64,000 nucleotides of DNA from Takakia lepidozioides (taxonomy: Eukaryota; Plantae; Bryophyta), in the NCBI GenBank assembly GCA_030704615.1, contig CM060731.1, positions 59,644,001 through 59,708,000 on the forward strand, in the 5' to 3' direction. Of the stretch, positions 1-12,049 are shown piece by piece. Both the position numbers and the translations under genes were made by a program. The first letter of the stretch is position 1, and every line of letters begins with the position of its first letter. A model generated the notes under the pieces. The model was not told where the DNA came from, did no database searches, and worked only from the letters and a program-made list of their open reading frames with translations.

Positions 1-126
1 ACAAATGAAAGTGTGTTTGTCAGAATTCTGCCCACCCCAACAGCTCAGTCACTCCCACCCATGGAAGGTACCATGCTGTATCAAGTCTAAACCCTGGAAA
101 AGTACATGCAATAGCAGAAACCAACT

Positions 127-3100
127 CTACACCATAGCACAACTGGCTTGGTACCTCCCATGTGGAGCTTGCCTCCGCCTTCTACCATTTCGCCTCTGCC
201 TTGCAGGTGCATTCAAGTTGGCAATGGCCAATTCATCTGCCTCACTCAAAGGAACACAAACAGCAAGCTCAGTCATGATGTTATGAGGAATTTCAGGAGG
301 CACCATGCCTACATAAATGTCTCCCTCACCCAGTGCCACTTCTGTAATATCGTGAACCACTCGTCGGGATCGAGGGTCCTTGTGAAGGACCACCTTCCAG
401 TTCCCTCGTGAACTTTTTTCATCCGAGAAAAAAACTTGCTCCACCTGACTAGGGAATGTCCAGGGCTGCTCCATCCCAGGCAACATGCGACTGAAGTCAA
501 CCAAGAGAAAGCCATAATCATCTCGTTTCATGGTGGCATTCCGGCCCACCATGTGTGACCTCACCCATGTACACAAGAACAGAATTGGGTGAAGAATTCC
601 GTAATCCAGTTGAATTATTTCTCTTACAACACCCACATATTCCAATTGGGATAACACTCGTCTGGACATACCTGCTCTGTTTTCGCTTTCCTGATGGAAT
701 ACTTGAGCAACTCCAGAATCAAATGTCACCCTGTCTCTGGCGCCAGTCCCATCACTTATTGCTCGAAAGTGATTGCCGTAAGCATACATGGACTTGAAGC
801 CCAATGACTGTACTGCTGGTGGTATACATAAATGGCATATGTCCAAATCATAGGACTCACCTGAACTCACCTTGCGTTGGACAGCACCTTCAATCCATTC
901 ATGGAATGGAGCCAGTAAGCGCATATCTGTTGGGTATGGAATTTCTCCATTGTGGTGGTCTTGGTCTTGTCCACAAAGGTATGCTGTTCTGAACTCAGTG
1001 CGGGATGCTTCTATGAGTGCCATCTCCTCTTCATAGGCCCTGTCCAAATGAGAATTGCAAATTAGGATTACAGCTTATACCATTGGCAGAAATGAAACAC
1101 ACAGGATATGATAAGCAACATACTTACTCAAGGAATGGTTTCATGCAATCTGTGTTGTGCAAAATATACTCGTGTGCACTGTCTCGTTCTTGAATGGTGA
1201 GGACTCGTACAGTTCCCAATCCTTCAACCACCTCCCCACTAACTGAGTCTTCTTCATTGGAGTCCCACACCCTTCGGCTTGTAGCATGAAATTCAGCCAT
1301 ATACTCAGTTAGAAACCCTAGGGCCTCATCCAAAGCATACCCTTCCGCCATGCTCCCTTCAGGTCGGCTCATATTCCTTACATAGCCTTTTAATGTCTTC
1401 ATATACCATTCCATAGGATACATCCAACGGCTAGACACGGGACCACACACCTCCAATTCGTCCACAAGGTGTACAAGCAAGTGAGTCATGATATCAAAAA
1501 ATGACGGAGGGAATTCTTTCTCCAGCAGACACATAGTGATTGCAACATCTTCTTTTAAGGCCGGTACCTCAGCTGGATTAATGATCTTTGCACACATTTT
1601 TTGGAAGACTCGAGAAAGCCTCATAATTGCCATCCGTGGACCCTTTCCCAATACCCCTCGAATGCAAAGAGGTAAAATCTGCTACATCATTACATGGTAG
1701 TCATGGGTTTTCATTGTAGACAGTTTATTGTCAGCCACATGTTTCTGGAATGTGGCAGCATAACTGGGGGCCTTTACTGCAGCCAATGTTTCCAAAAACA
1801 GCACCTTCTCATCTTACAAAACTTTTTTGCATGCCTTGGAGTACCTGGAATCAACATTAGGGCCGCAAGCTGGGCAGGCCTTGTATCCCCCGTGTGCGCA
1901 TCCTGCTAGCAACCCATAAGCTGGAAAGTCGTGGATTGACCACATCAAGATGGCCCTCATGCGAAATGACTGTTGCCCCACTAGGCTACTTCCATCCAAT
2001 GCCTCCACACCAACTTCCCACAACAATTTCAGCTCATCCACAAGGGGCTGCAGATAAACATCTGCATTGTCATTTCCCACAAATTGTGGTCCAGGAATCA
2101 ATAAAGCCAACATCGTGAAAAATGGCTTAGTACACAGCCATGGTGGAAGATTATAGTTTACCAACATGACAGGCCAAGTTGACCATTTGTTTGATTTATC
2201 ACTGTAAGGATTGACACCATCCCATGCGAGACCCAATCGCACATTTCTGGGGTCCGCTGCAAACTCAGGCCATTTTTGGTCAATGTGGGCCCAAGCCTTG
2301 CTGTCTGCTGGGTGCCTAACCAAGCCATCCAAACTTCGATTCTTAAAGTGCCATGACAATAACTCTGAGATGGATTTGGCTTTATACATTCGAAGCAGCC
2401 TTGGAATGATAGGGAAATGTCGAAGGACCTTACGAGGTACTGGTGTCTTCGTACCCACCACATAACGACATGCCTGACATTTTGGACAAACCTCCAAATT
2501 TTGAAGCTCCCTTCTGAACAACACACAACCTTTCGGACATGCATGTATACTCTCGTAATGAAGCCCGAGTTCCATTATGAGTTGTTTTGCCTCATAGTGG
2601 GACTTTGGCAGGCAATTGTCTGCTGGCAACAGTTGTCTTCCTAACAATGTAAGGAGTTCATCGACAAAGGTGTTTGACACACCATGGGTTTGACAAGCAT
2701 TTAACAGCAGTAAGGTAGCAGACAATCGAGAGGAAGAACTCCCTACATACAAAGCCCTGGATGCCTCCTGCTCAAAACGTAAGGCACTCCACGATCACCA
2801 TCGCTCTTCAGTCCACCATCAGTCTGCTCTGGCACTCCATCTGTGTCCCATTGGCCCTGTGTTCCATCTCCCGGTTCCTCATGTGCATCACCAGTTTGCA
2901 CCCCATTATCTGTAGTTGCGAATGTCTCCCGGAGCATTCTAAGCATGTCAAGATTACGATCCAAGGTATCAGGACCACCTGCAGGGCTGGTTTCCGTTCT
3001 AAACCCCTCATGTTCGTCTCCAGAGTTTTCCTGCTTATAAACATATCAGTCCACATGTCAATCCACAATAAGATGGGGAGTTTAGGGTTGGAAATGGTGG

Positions 3101-3453
3101 ATGTGGAACGTGCCATAATACAGGCACGTGGCAATAGGAAAACGGGCATGTACAATACTCTACACCTTACAACAATCCCGCTACCAGGAATTTGAACTGT
3201 TTCTTATAATTTCAAAGTATGCATCAGGGTTAAGGGAAGAGAATCCACAGATATGCACCGGGAGTTCTCGCAAGTTAGGATCTCGCAAGTTCAAAAGCAG
3301 ATGACGCTTAGCCCGGCCAATGGTTTGCCAGTTCCCACCATGACAGGCATTGCATGGACATAGAATTTTCCGAAGACCCAGTCTTCTTGCTCGCGCTTCC
3401 TCTAGTTTCCACAATCTGTCATCGTCATGTTCTGCTTGTGTCCGCCTTTGCAA
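127..3453 (-). pseudogene. CACTA TnpD-type transposase (transposase-associated CPCxxC domain, Transposase_21, DUF4218, DUF4216-like), spliced and partly degenerate
   Basis: Motifs: ILCPCNAC..HL (3181-3453); IHACPKGCVLF, RHPADSKAW, DPRNVRLGLAWDGVNP, WSIHDFPAYG (1814-2752); FPPSFFDIMTHLLVHLVDE..GPV..RWMYPME (1124-1651); YAYGNHFR and PWTFPSQVEQVFF (127-1047). The reading frame is broken around 1650-1830. Confidence 0.92.
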
Positions 3454-4159
3454 TCGATGGGCAGTAGGAGGGATCTTGGCGACTGAGTGAGACTCGTTAG
3501 ACAGACATAGAGTGTCCAGAAGTTACACCAGGGCGCAAGCCTACAGCGAGGGAGGTAGAACGAGCAAAGCGTCAAGCGGAGAACAAGGCATTCTTCGCAC
3601 GACTGAAGATCTACGACATTGCAAAGAGGTCCGAACTTGCGTTTTTTCATATGCCCTACCTAGCCCTAGCCATGAAACCGCATTAAAAGCTCCAAACCTG
3701 CAGAGAGGATATGTTAGGGTTTTGCTGCTGCTGACATTGTCTTTCTTCTTCTTCTTTGCAGCGTCGAAGCGAGATTGAGTCGCCCTAAACGCCTCGTTGA
3801 GGAAATCCTCAAACACACAGGTCCTCCTCGCCGAAGTCACAGAGTTCAACTCCTGCACTCTGCAATGTCACAACGGGAGAAAGAGGTAGAGCAAGAGGAG
3901 GAAGCGCAGGTGGTAGCGGAGTCAGACACAGAGGAGGCACGAGAGCAAGAATTGCAGCGAGACCAAGATTATGCCGCACATGAAGACTTGAATGAGACCA
4001 GCTCGGAGTCAGAGATGGAAACGATGAAAGAAGCCCCAACAAAGAGAAAGCGCGCAAAGCACCCTGCAAACTCCCCAACCCATCAGCAGGTTTGCGATCT
4101 GCACCAAAGTTCCGAGTTTCAAACACTATATAACTTGTCCCAGTATAATTTAGGGTTCT

Positions 4160-4810
4160 GAGACCTAACAAGTGATTGATATCTTTACGGAGCTGGTAGT
4201 ACCTCGCCCACAATTCTCTGTTGGTTTCCAAATTGCAGCACTCTTTATAGAGGGCTCGTCTCTCAGCTATCTTGAGTTTAATCTCATTGGTCCACCAATT
4301 AACAGCTCTAGCACAGACAATTAGTTTCATCCCAATGATCTTGTCAACCACGGAGGAAACGAAACTCTCCCAAGAGTCCCCTGCTCTTTCGACTTCATTT
4401 CTTGCGTTATCAGAGCGAGACTGAAGTTCTTGGAGCGATTGCATCGAGAGGGAGAGCCTCTTGCAAGGCCTGGACATACTCAACCTTGACCTCCTCATTA
4501 TGAAGTTTTTCTATGCGCCACTTCCGAATCGAATGTTTCACATATCTCTTGGTGTTGGGAAAACACCTTTTGATCTCATTCCAAACCAGGAACTGGTCAG
4601 AGGTAGCAATATCAGTTCTGTCGATCAACACATTCGCACACTGGGGGAACAAATTTTTGTCCATTATGATATAATCCACAATGGAGCGTTCCCCAGTTTG
4701 GGATTTCTCACGAGTCCACTGCACTTGGTCACCTCTTGTCCTGATATTCAAGGTGAAAAGCTGAAGATCTTCTAGACAGTTAATTAACTGTCTGCCATTA
4801 GAATGAGGGG
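4160..4810 (-). mobile_element. LINE ORF2 fragment (end of APE endonuclease plus linker) in intron 1 of the TnpA-like gene
   Basis: SNGRQL...QWTR...SIVDYII...DIATSDQFLVW, followed by WWTNEIKLKIAERRALYK, typical of the L1/RTE-like endonuclease end and EN-RT linker. Confidence 0.75.
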
Positions 4811-5520
4811 CTCACTCCATTAGTAGGACTTACCGTGTTATAAACATTAGTTCAGGCTTTCCAGATTCCTTTTAGAAAGCCCTTCACACGTTCATCAGTT
4901 TTGTTGTATGTGGGCTACCAAGCAATGAGACCCCAACAGGGCCCACCGCTTTAGACTCAGCCTTGAGATATTGATAGTTGGTGAACAGAGGTGCAGGGAC
5001 TATGTTCTTGATGGTCCTGAAGAGGGTCGCTCTCTGATGAGAATACCCCAGACTTGTATCACAAAATGGACATTGTCTTCAGGCCACCCACACCAGTGAG
5101 CATCGACAATCTCCCTTTCCTCTCTGCATCTGTTTATTGTTCAAAGGTAGACTCCCCATCCGGAGGTTAAATTTTCAGTCTAGTGCCAAGGGTAGGTCTG
5201 CCCTTCAGATCATCCTCAAAGTCCTCACCCATGTCACAAACTGGAAACGAGTTCAGGGAAGTTTATGCCTAACATTGTTTTGTTCGGACATTCTTCATGC
5301 TTTTGACATGGCCTTAGACACTTCAGCCTCCACGTCAGATTCATCTAGCAGGGTGAGTTCTTCCTTCCTAATATTCAGGTATTTATCATAGGGTCGCTGG
5401 TATGAGGCATGCGATTCAGCTGACTGTACCATAGGTCTGACTGACAGGGTCTTCTTGCATAGGCCTTTGGGCTTGGCTTACCCACGTGGTTTGCCATCCC
5501 TAGTAGTATGGTCGTATTGT
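4810..5520 (-). mobile_element. LINE 3'-end fragment (C-terminal Cys/His knuckle and 3' UTR), same family as 16420-17265
   Basis: The reverse complement contains KFNLRMGSLPLN..QMQRG..C...CGWPEDNVHF and GTGTGAAGGGCTTTCTA..GGAATCTGGAAAGCCTGAACTAA, colinear with 16800-17150. Confidence 0.75.
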
Positions 5521-7959
5521 TTCACATGTTTCTGTTGAGCAATGTGTGCAGAGTTCAGTCAAAAAAAGGAAGGGAATTGCAGGGAAGGATGCGAACGAGC
5601 ATAAGTCTCTTACTCCAGCAAAGTGTGCACCAACTATTGCGCCAACTGCTGTGATGAGTGGCGCGGTTGTTCCCCCTTACGAAAAACCAGCCCCGCCCAC
5701 TCCACAGACTGACGTTCCAGCTCCCTTGTATCCACCAGTATCGGCTCCTCCCTCGTATCCGCTTATGTACCCACAGTATCCTGCCATGTCAGGGTATAAT
5801 CTGCATGGGCACATGCCGTATCCTCACTATCAACCTCCAAACAATGATTCTCAGTGCCAGAATTACAATTCTTTTGCTCCACCTGCAGGCGCTCCAATGC
5901 ATGATCCTAGTCAAGGTGGGTATTCCATTTACCACCATTATGGAATGCATCCCCATAGTATGTATCCTCCTCGGCCTATGTACAACCAACCTACTTCCTC
6001 CCTCTATCCTACCAGCCCTGCAAGACCACACCAGGGGCAGGTCCAGTATGGTGGCCACCAACCTTCAGGATCCAACTACAGTGGAGTACAACTGCCGGCA
6101 CCTTCGAGCTTCACTGCACCGCGGCCACCTCTTTATCCAACATCTCCAGGTACACCTAATACCCTGAAAGGGAAAGGCATTCTGAAACAGACCGAGGATG
6201 CATTTGCTCCGCATCATCCTGTGGGGTGGGAGACAGCAGTCCAGCCCCAACAGAGTGAAGGTGGTAACATGCATGGTACTGCTGAAACCTTGCAGGATTC
6301 CAGCCTTAGTCCTGGGGGGACATCAGGTGTGACTCCTATAGAACGCAAAAATGCTTTAAGGAGGGAAAGAAGGGCACTTGCAAAAGATCTGAGAGACCAG
6401 ACTGCTCAGAATGTGGCTGTAGGGAGGAGGAAATTTTCATTTCTTGTGATGAACTTGGAAACCCTGAAGGTCCTGCTCGGAACCAGTGGATGACAGCTCT
6501 GCGAGGGCAGTGTCAACGTTTGTTGGACTGGTCATTGTATGCTCAGGATCAACCATTACACTTAATTGAAAAGATCATGGAGATCCTGGCTTCAGATTGG
6601 GAATACGGACCTCCTGGTCTTAACATAAAGGCTATTACAAAAACAATTTGCGGGCAGCTCAAGTACCAATGAAATAAGCTGTTCAAAAATTACTATAGTG
6701 TGGGGCTGCCCAAACCCCATCATGTGCCAGACAAGACATGGGCACAACTAGTTGTTAGTTGGGGTTCCACTGATTTCAAGAAATTTTAGGCAAATGGTGT
6801 CAAGGCGCGGGGATGTGTGAAGAATACATCTCGATCAGGTCGCAATGGAATCAGCGGTGTTGTAGCACGACTGGTATACTTCTCTTACAACATAGGAAGT
6901 TCCCACATTGTTTTGCATTGACAAACTTTATGTGTTGGGTTTTTTTGGCTGGAGCTCAGAGTCTATTCCTATCACCATTGAATTAGTACACATTGCTACT
7001 ACTTGGGGGCCTTCTCAGAGTTGGGCGCCAGCAAGAAACTAAGCACTCTTATTGAGGGGGAGTCATTGACGCTATCCTAGATAATTCTTTACTGTTGGCA
7101 GTGTGCTATGCTAGTCATTAACACTTGCAAGTTTGTTGCAATCACAGGAGAAGGAGACTAGATGTACACCAAGTTTGCAGGAGATCGCCGGTAGCGCCAG
7201 GAGTGACAAAGGCTACGGCTCGGGGTGTACAGGCAGTGCAGCCACAACGGTATATAAACTCAGTACCAATTCTGGTGTGAATTACATATTCGTGATTTCC
7301 ATGCCATTGCTAGTTGCCGTTTGGTTCTGTTTTCTTACTAGTTCATCAGTCAGTGTAGTGAATTGTTACTTTGGAGGTGTTCTATGTGATGGGGCAGGGA
7401 ATTGGTTCACTAGCAGCTCGCCTCGATGCTATGGAAAACAAACAAGTGTGGAAGCCAGCTCCAAGGCAGCTTTGGAAGCAGTCCAAGGCCAACTGGAGGC
7501 AGCAGCTGCATTCAACATTGCGCTCGCAGCTAAACTTGGCATGAATGTGCCAGATTCGGAACCTACAGGTCCACCATGCACCACCTTTGCGCCACACACA
7601 ACAAATGAGACTATTTCTCATGTTATGGGCTCACCACTCAACCTGTTCAAGGCAGTTTCTTCACCGCCACCAAAGCCAAACACAATAGGCTCATTGTTTG
7701 GGCTTTCAGAAATGGAGGGGGATGATGACATGGAGGGTTGGTCTGAAGGTGAACTCAATCCATCCCCCCATATTGTTGAGGCAACTGCAAAGTGTTCATC
7801 CGTTTTGTTGTCCCCTACACCAGTAGCACTTCCGGCATATGTACTACCCTCTCAATATGCCTGTGAGGTCTCCATGAATTTGCAGAGTGCCCCACAGAAA
7901 GGTGTGTCTTTTGTACATGATAATCATGTACAAGTTGTTGGTAATTGCCCTTCGGCAAC

Positions 7960-8515
7960 TGAGAGGCAGAAACACATCCTTATACTTGACTTGAATGGAT
8001 TGTTATGTGAGAGCAGACTACGAACAAGGGAACACCTAGAGCCCACTGTCACCTCCAGACCTGGTGTCAGGAGTTTCTGGACCGATGCCTTCAGATTTTT
8101 GATGTAGGTGTATGGTCTTCCATGTCATTGAGTAATGTCCTTCCAGTTGTGAAAGCATTGTTTCCTGGGAAGCAACCAAAGATGGTGCTTCACCAAGACT
8201 ATTGTGACCAACCTGTGGGAATGGTGGACCCTCTCAATCCTTCTAAAACTGTCATGTACAAGAACTTATGTAAGTTTTGGAAGGACTACAGCCATTACAA
8301 TCCAACCAATACTTTGCTTGTGGACGATTCCCCACTCACTTGCTTACCCAACCCTGCAAATAATTGCATCTTCCCGTATCCATGGAAGTTGAGGGATCAG
8401 CCAAACTACAAGAGGCTTATGAAAGAATTACTGCCTTGGTTAGAGGGTTATCTAAGGCTGCACACATCCCTGAGTATGTGTCAGGGCACCCATACAGATA
8501 TGGGCAGCCCAACTA
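7960..8515 (+). pseudogene. FCP1/NIF-type HAD phosphatase domain (DLNGLL variant) inside the CACTA TnpA-like gene
   Basis: HILILDLNGLL...RPGV, then after a frameshift EFLDRCLQIFDVGVWSSM...KNLCKFW...YNPTNTLLVDDSP...NPANNCIFP, then after a second frameshift LSKAAHIPEYVSGHPYRYGQ. Confidence 0.85.
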
Positions 8516-10448
8516 CTTGTTCAATACTGCAGCCATGGGTAGTGGATCACAACAATCTGCAAAGGCATCCGAACCAGGGCTTCCTGCTGCCAGAGTTCCA
8601 ACGACTTTGCCTCCCGACGCAACAACAAAGCATAATCAAAGAAAGGTGAGAGCAAAAGATTCAATGCTTGGGCGCGTGGGTGGATTTGTATTGTTAATGC
8701 TACTTCACAATGTGTGTCATTCGTGCTATTCTCACTTTTTGATCATGTGTCATTCAATATGCAGATGGTGAAACCAGTGAAGCGTTCAATGGGCAGGGAA
8801 AGCACAATATGTGCTATCAATCAGACTACAACCACAGTGGATGTAACTGAACCATGGGGTGACCAACAAAATCCGCACAGTGTAAGTACTTCCTTTGTCC
8901 TCTTTTGTTTCCTTGTCTGATGCTGGATCAATACACCCCCTATGTATCGCTGTATAGCTGCAGGATTGACAACCTACAAAGGTAGTTTTGTGACATCGTC
9001 CTACCACATCCATGTTGACCATGCAGAACCTGCTATCAACTAGGTATGGCACCGTTCCACCTTTGATCATGTCAGCATGGAGTATAGAGACAGGCAAATG
9101 CAATTCAGAATTGGAAGTACTGCAATAGGTAGGGTTGGGGTGTTTGCTGGAAGAACGAGGATGCATTTTGCAGGAGTGCCAAGCTGTCAGTCTCTGTTCT
9201 CCAGGGTTCATTTCTGATATAGGAATCTGGTTTTTGTTGCAGTTTCAGATCGGCGACAAGGTGTTATTGTTTGATCCTTGTGCACCAAAAAGAAGGGCAG
9301 GTGTGGGATATATTGCTGGATTTCCGAAAGCAAATGTGCCAGACAACTATTACCGTATCCATGTGAAATCGGTCATGATTTCAGAGGTTGTGTTGCCGTA
9401 CCCGGACTACTCTGTTACCCCTAATCATACCACATTGGGTGACACGCAGGGAAGTGCCACCTTATGGTCTGAAAAGTTTATTAAACACGCGTGATATTGA
9501 AGATGCTACAAGTTTAGTTTAGTTTTCTTTATGGATTGAAGGTTGCTGAGACAGGTGAACAAAACTGCTCTTCTGACATGAACAGTATTTTTTGAATTGA
9601 TGCTCTTGCTATTCTCATGTATGATCACAAGATCCCCTTGTTCAAAGGCAACTTCATTTTCCCACATCAAGCCAAATTAAACTTGTGTAGACATGAATGT
9701 GGTATTTTGCTGGTTGTTTGCTATATTTAATATTAATAACATTACTACTGGTCAATGTGGTTCATAATACAATTATTATCCATGTTTTAAATAAGCTTTT
9801 GTTTAAATGAAACAAAACAAATCAAAATTCTAAAACAATAATATATTACATATTAAATCAAGCAGCCAATGGGTTTTGGGGTATCCCATTTATTATAAGA
9901 ATAATAATAATAATAATATGACTATTCATTTTGGCATTTGTCAACAAATAATAATTGTTTACTTTTCATCCAATAGGAACAAAACAGTGGATGTGACAGT
10001 ATTCACACTAGTGTCATTGCGATCACACCACGACTTGAACCTGGTGTTAAATCTATGTGAGAGAGTCCGTAAGAAGAGCCCTTAATATCTATTATTTATT
10101 TAATAATTCTGATGGACTCTATTACGTGGCATTCCCTTTGACATACATGTGGCAAACATGGTGGCGCCGAGGTGTAATAAGTACCGTAGAAAGACCATTA
10201 AGATTACTTAGTCAAAATAGTAGTTGAACTAACCAGTCAAAATATCCGTCAAAAGAGCCACCTAAGCCTACTGCCACATCAGGTGCAAGTTTGGTGTGAG
10301 ATGGTTTTTTTCACAGGACCAAGAAAGTTCACATGTGGTGCAAAGGACTAGGTTAACCTAACACCAAGGGGGGGGTGTGAACTTGCACTTTTTTCACACC
10401 CAAAATGTGTGAGAAGAGCCGTTAAAAAAACCAGTTTCTGTACTAGTG

Positions 10449-11723
10449 AGATATGTACATTGCTACAACAGATGATCTGGTACGAGCTCTAACCCAGCAA
10501 TAAGATATCGTGACTTCCTCAGGGGGCGATGTGGGGGCAAGGGACCAGATACAGCAGAGTTGATGCTGAGGGCTGCAAGAAGGTCCGGGATCCAACGAAG
10601 ATGGCAAAGGCAGTGAACAGGTGCACAATGGGCTCGCCTCTCCAATCAAGGGAGCCCCATCTGGAAGGAGAAGAAAGGTTCGGGATTTGCAAACGCAAGC
10701 TAAATACACCTCCAGGATCAGATGGGGATTCACATCGCCATGACAGAGACAACTTCTCTGTACCCAAGATTTCTCCACTACAAAGTATGGCGTCGAGTAG
10801 GAAAGAGGCTACTGGTGCATCCTCTTCCATAGAGACCTGTCTTCTACTTGCAACCCCTGTAATTGCGGGTTTCTAGTAGGACCACAGGGGGGCAGTGCAG
10901 GAGTCACCTTGTGCTGACTTTGAATGGCACATCGAGCGAACTACTCCAGGGTCTAGAGTTGGCTGCGCTGCAGTGAGGGCCATTAGTTATGAAAAGTGTA
11001 AGTCTAGGATAGCCGAAGGCTCAGCAGGTACTCCAGCTCCGACGTTCACAGGTTTGATTCGGCCATATATGTCGAAGGAGTCGAAGACGCACAAATTCTG
11101 GTTCTGTCCGGACGATATGGCTCGCTGTGTGAATGGTACCGTCCGCGACTCCTGCATTGCTAAGCCTCCCCCACCCACCATTTGGCCACTGCGGGTGGGA
11201 ACCTCCCTAACAGCACTGGAGATTGACAAGTTGAAGGATGTCGGCTTTCGTCTGCACCGATATGTGGCATTGACTCTTGGTGGCCTTGCTGCTATGGTGC
11301 CTCCTCCAGACGATACTTCACATCCCACGAGAAGGAATGACAAAACAGTGCATCGGGTGGCTTCGGGGCCTGATCACGATGCGAAGGTGGAATCGGCCAG
11401 ACTACTTCAGGCTCGGGTAACATGAACTATGGAAGTACCTTCACCTGGGTATGGACGGGTTTCCCCAAAAGAGGTTTCTTGATGGAGAAGTTTCCTCCAA
11501 ATGGGAAGCTTCCTGAGCAATTTCCCAAGTTACCCTCGGTAATTTGGTAAAAAACTGCACTAGGTAGATGACTACAGAGCGCTGAAATGCATTGCAGTCT
11601 GGGTCTGTTTTGCACGACAGGGCAAACATCTTTACTACATCTTTTTGTGCAGGATGTATTCAAAAGAGACCAAATCATTCACCAGACGACATTTGGTCCT
11701 GGTGAGGTACGGACACTTTTGTA
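10449..11723 (+). pseudogene. C-terminal part of a SWIM-zinc-finger transposase-like gene (Mutator-like), cut on the left by the CACTA terminus
   Basis: Coding-like sequence begins at once after the CACTA TIR (DMYIATTDDLVRAL..GKGPD..ELMLRAARRS). Then WHIERT...CKSRI...PAPTFTG...FWFCPDDMARCV...IWPLRVGT, and a decayed SWIM end GKHLYYIF...IIHQTTF..EVRTLL*. Confidence 0.55.
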
Positions 11724-12049
11724 GCGAGACATTGGCAATATCGAGTAGTGTTGCATATGTTGCGATTTTTCGCAATGTCAGAAAGGGCTGCCTTGTTTGT
11801 AGAACATGTATACACAGTTCTTAAATCTGGACAAGCAAGCGATGTCTCGTTATGAAAGAGAGTTTTTTTTTTTCATCGGGTTTGGTTTACGAGCCTCTAA
11901 AATTGTGTCCGTCAACGCACACCACTTCTGCCCCCACCCCCAACATTGCCCCGAAAAAAAAAAAAAAAAAAAAAAAAAGGGTCTTTTCTTTGTTCGCGGC
12001 CTGCCAAACATGGACAAGTGTCAGTATGAAAGCTCATTTTATTTTTTCA

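Larger units (their letters stand above)
3865..9494 (+). pseudogene. CACTA TnpA-like multi-exon gene (acidic N-terminus, Pro-rich region, Transposase_24/Ptta-like region, FCP1/NIF domain, C-terminal Tnp1/DUF8039-like domain)
   Basis: ATG at 3865, donor near 4090, acceptor near 5552. 6490-6870 reads ...PKPHHVPDKTWAQLVVSWGS...RGCVKNTSRSGRNG (TnpA-like, with stops). 9243-9494 reads VPDNYYRIHVKSV...LPYPD...TTLGD..GSATLW. Several frameshifts and stops. Confidence 0.7.
1..10448. mobile_element. CACTA/En-Spm DNA transposon, right part; the left end lies outside the window
   Basis: The terminus ...CCAGTTTCTGTACTAGTG ends at 10448 (reverse complement CACTAGTACAGAAACTGG, a CACTA-type TIR start). Subterminal AAGAGCC/TGTGAGA repeats occur at about 10055-10425. 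TnpD- and TnpA-like coding regions lie inside. Confidence 0.85.

Noticed and set aside
3809-4498. 229-aa minus-strand ORF as an independent gene
   Set aside because: It is a chimera of LINE linker sequence reading through into the antisense of the TnpA-like exon 1.
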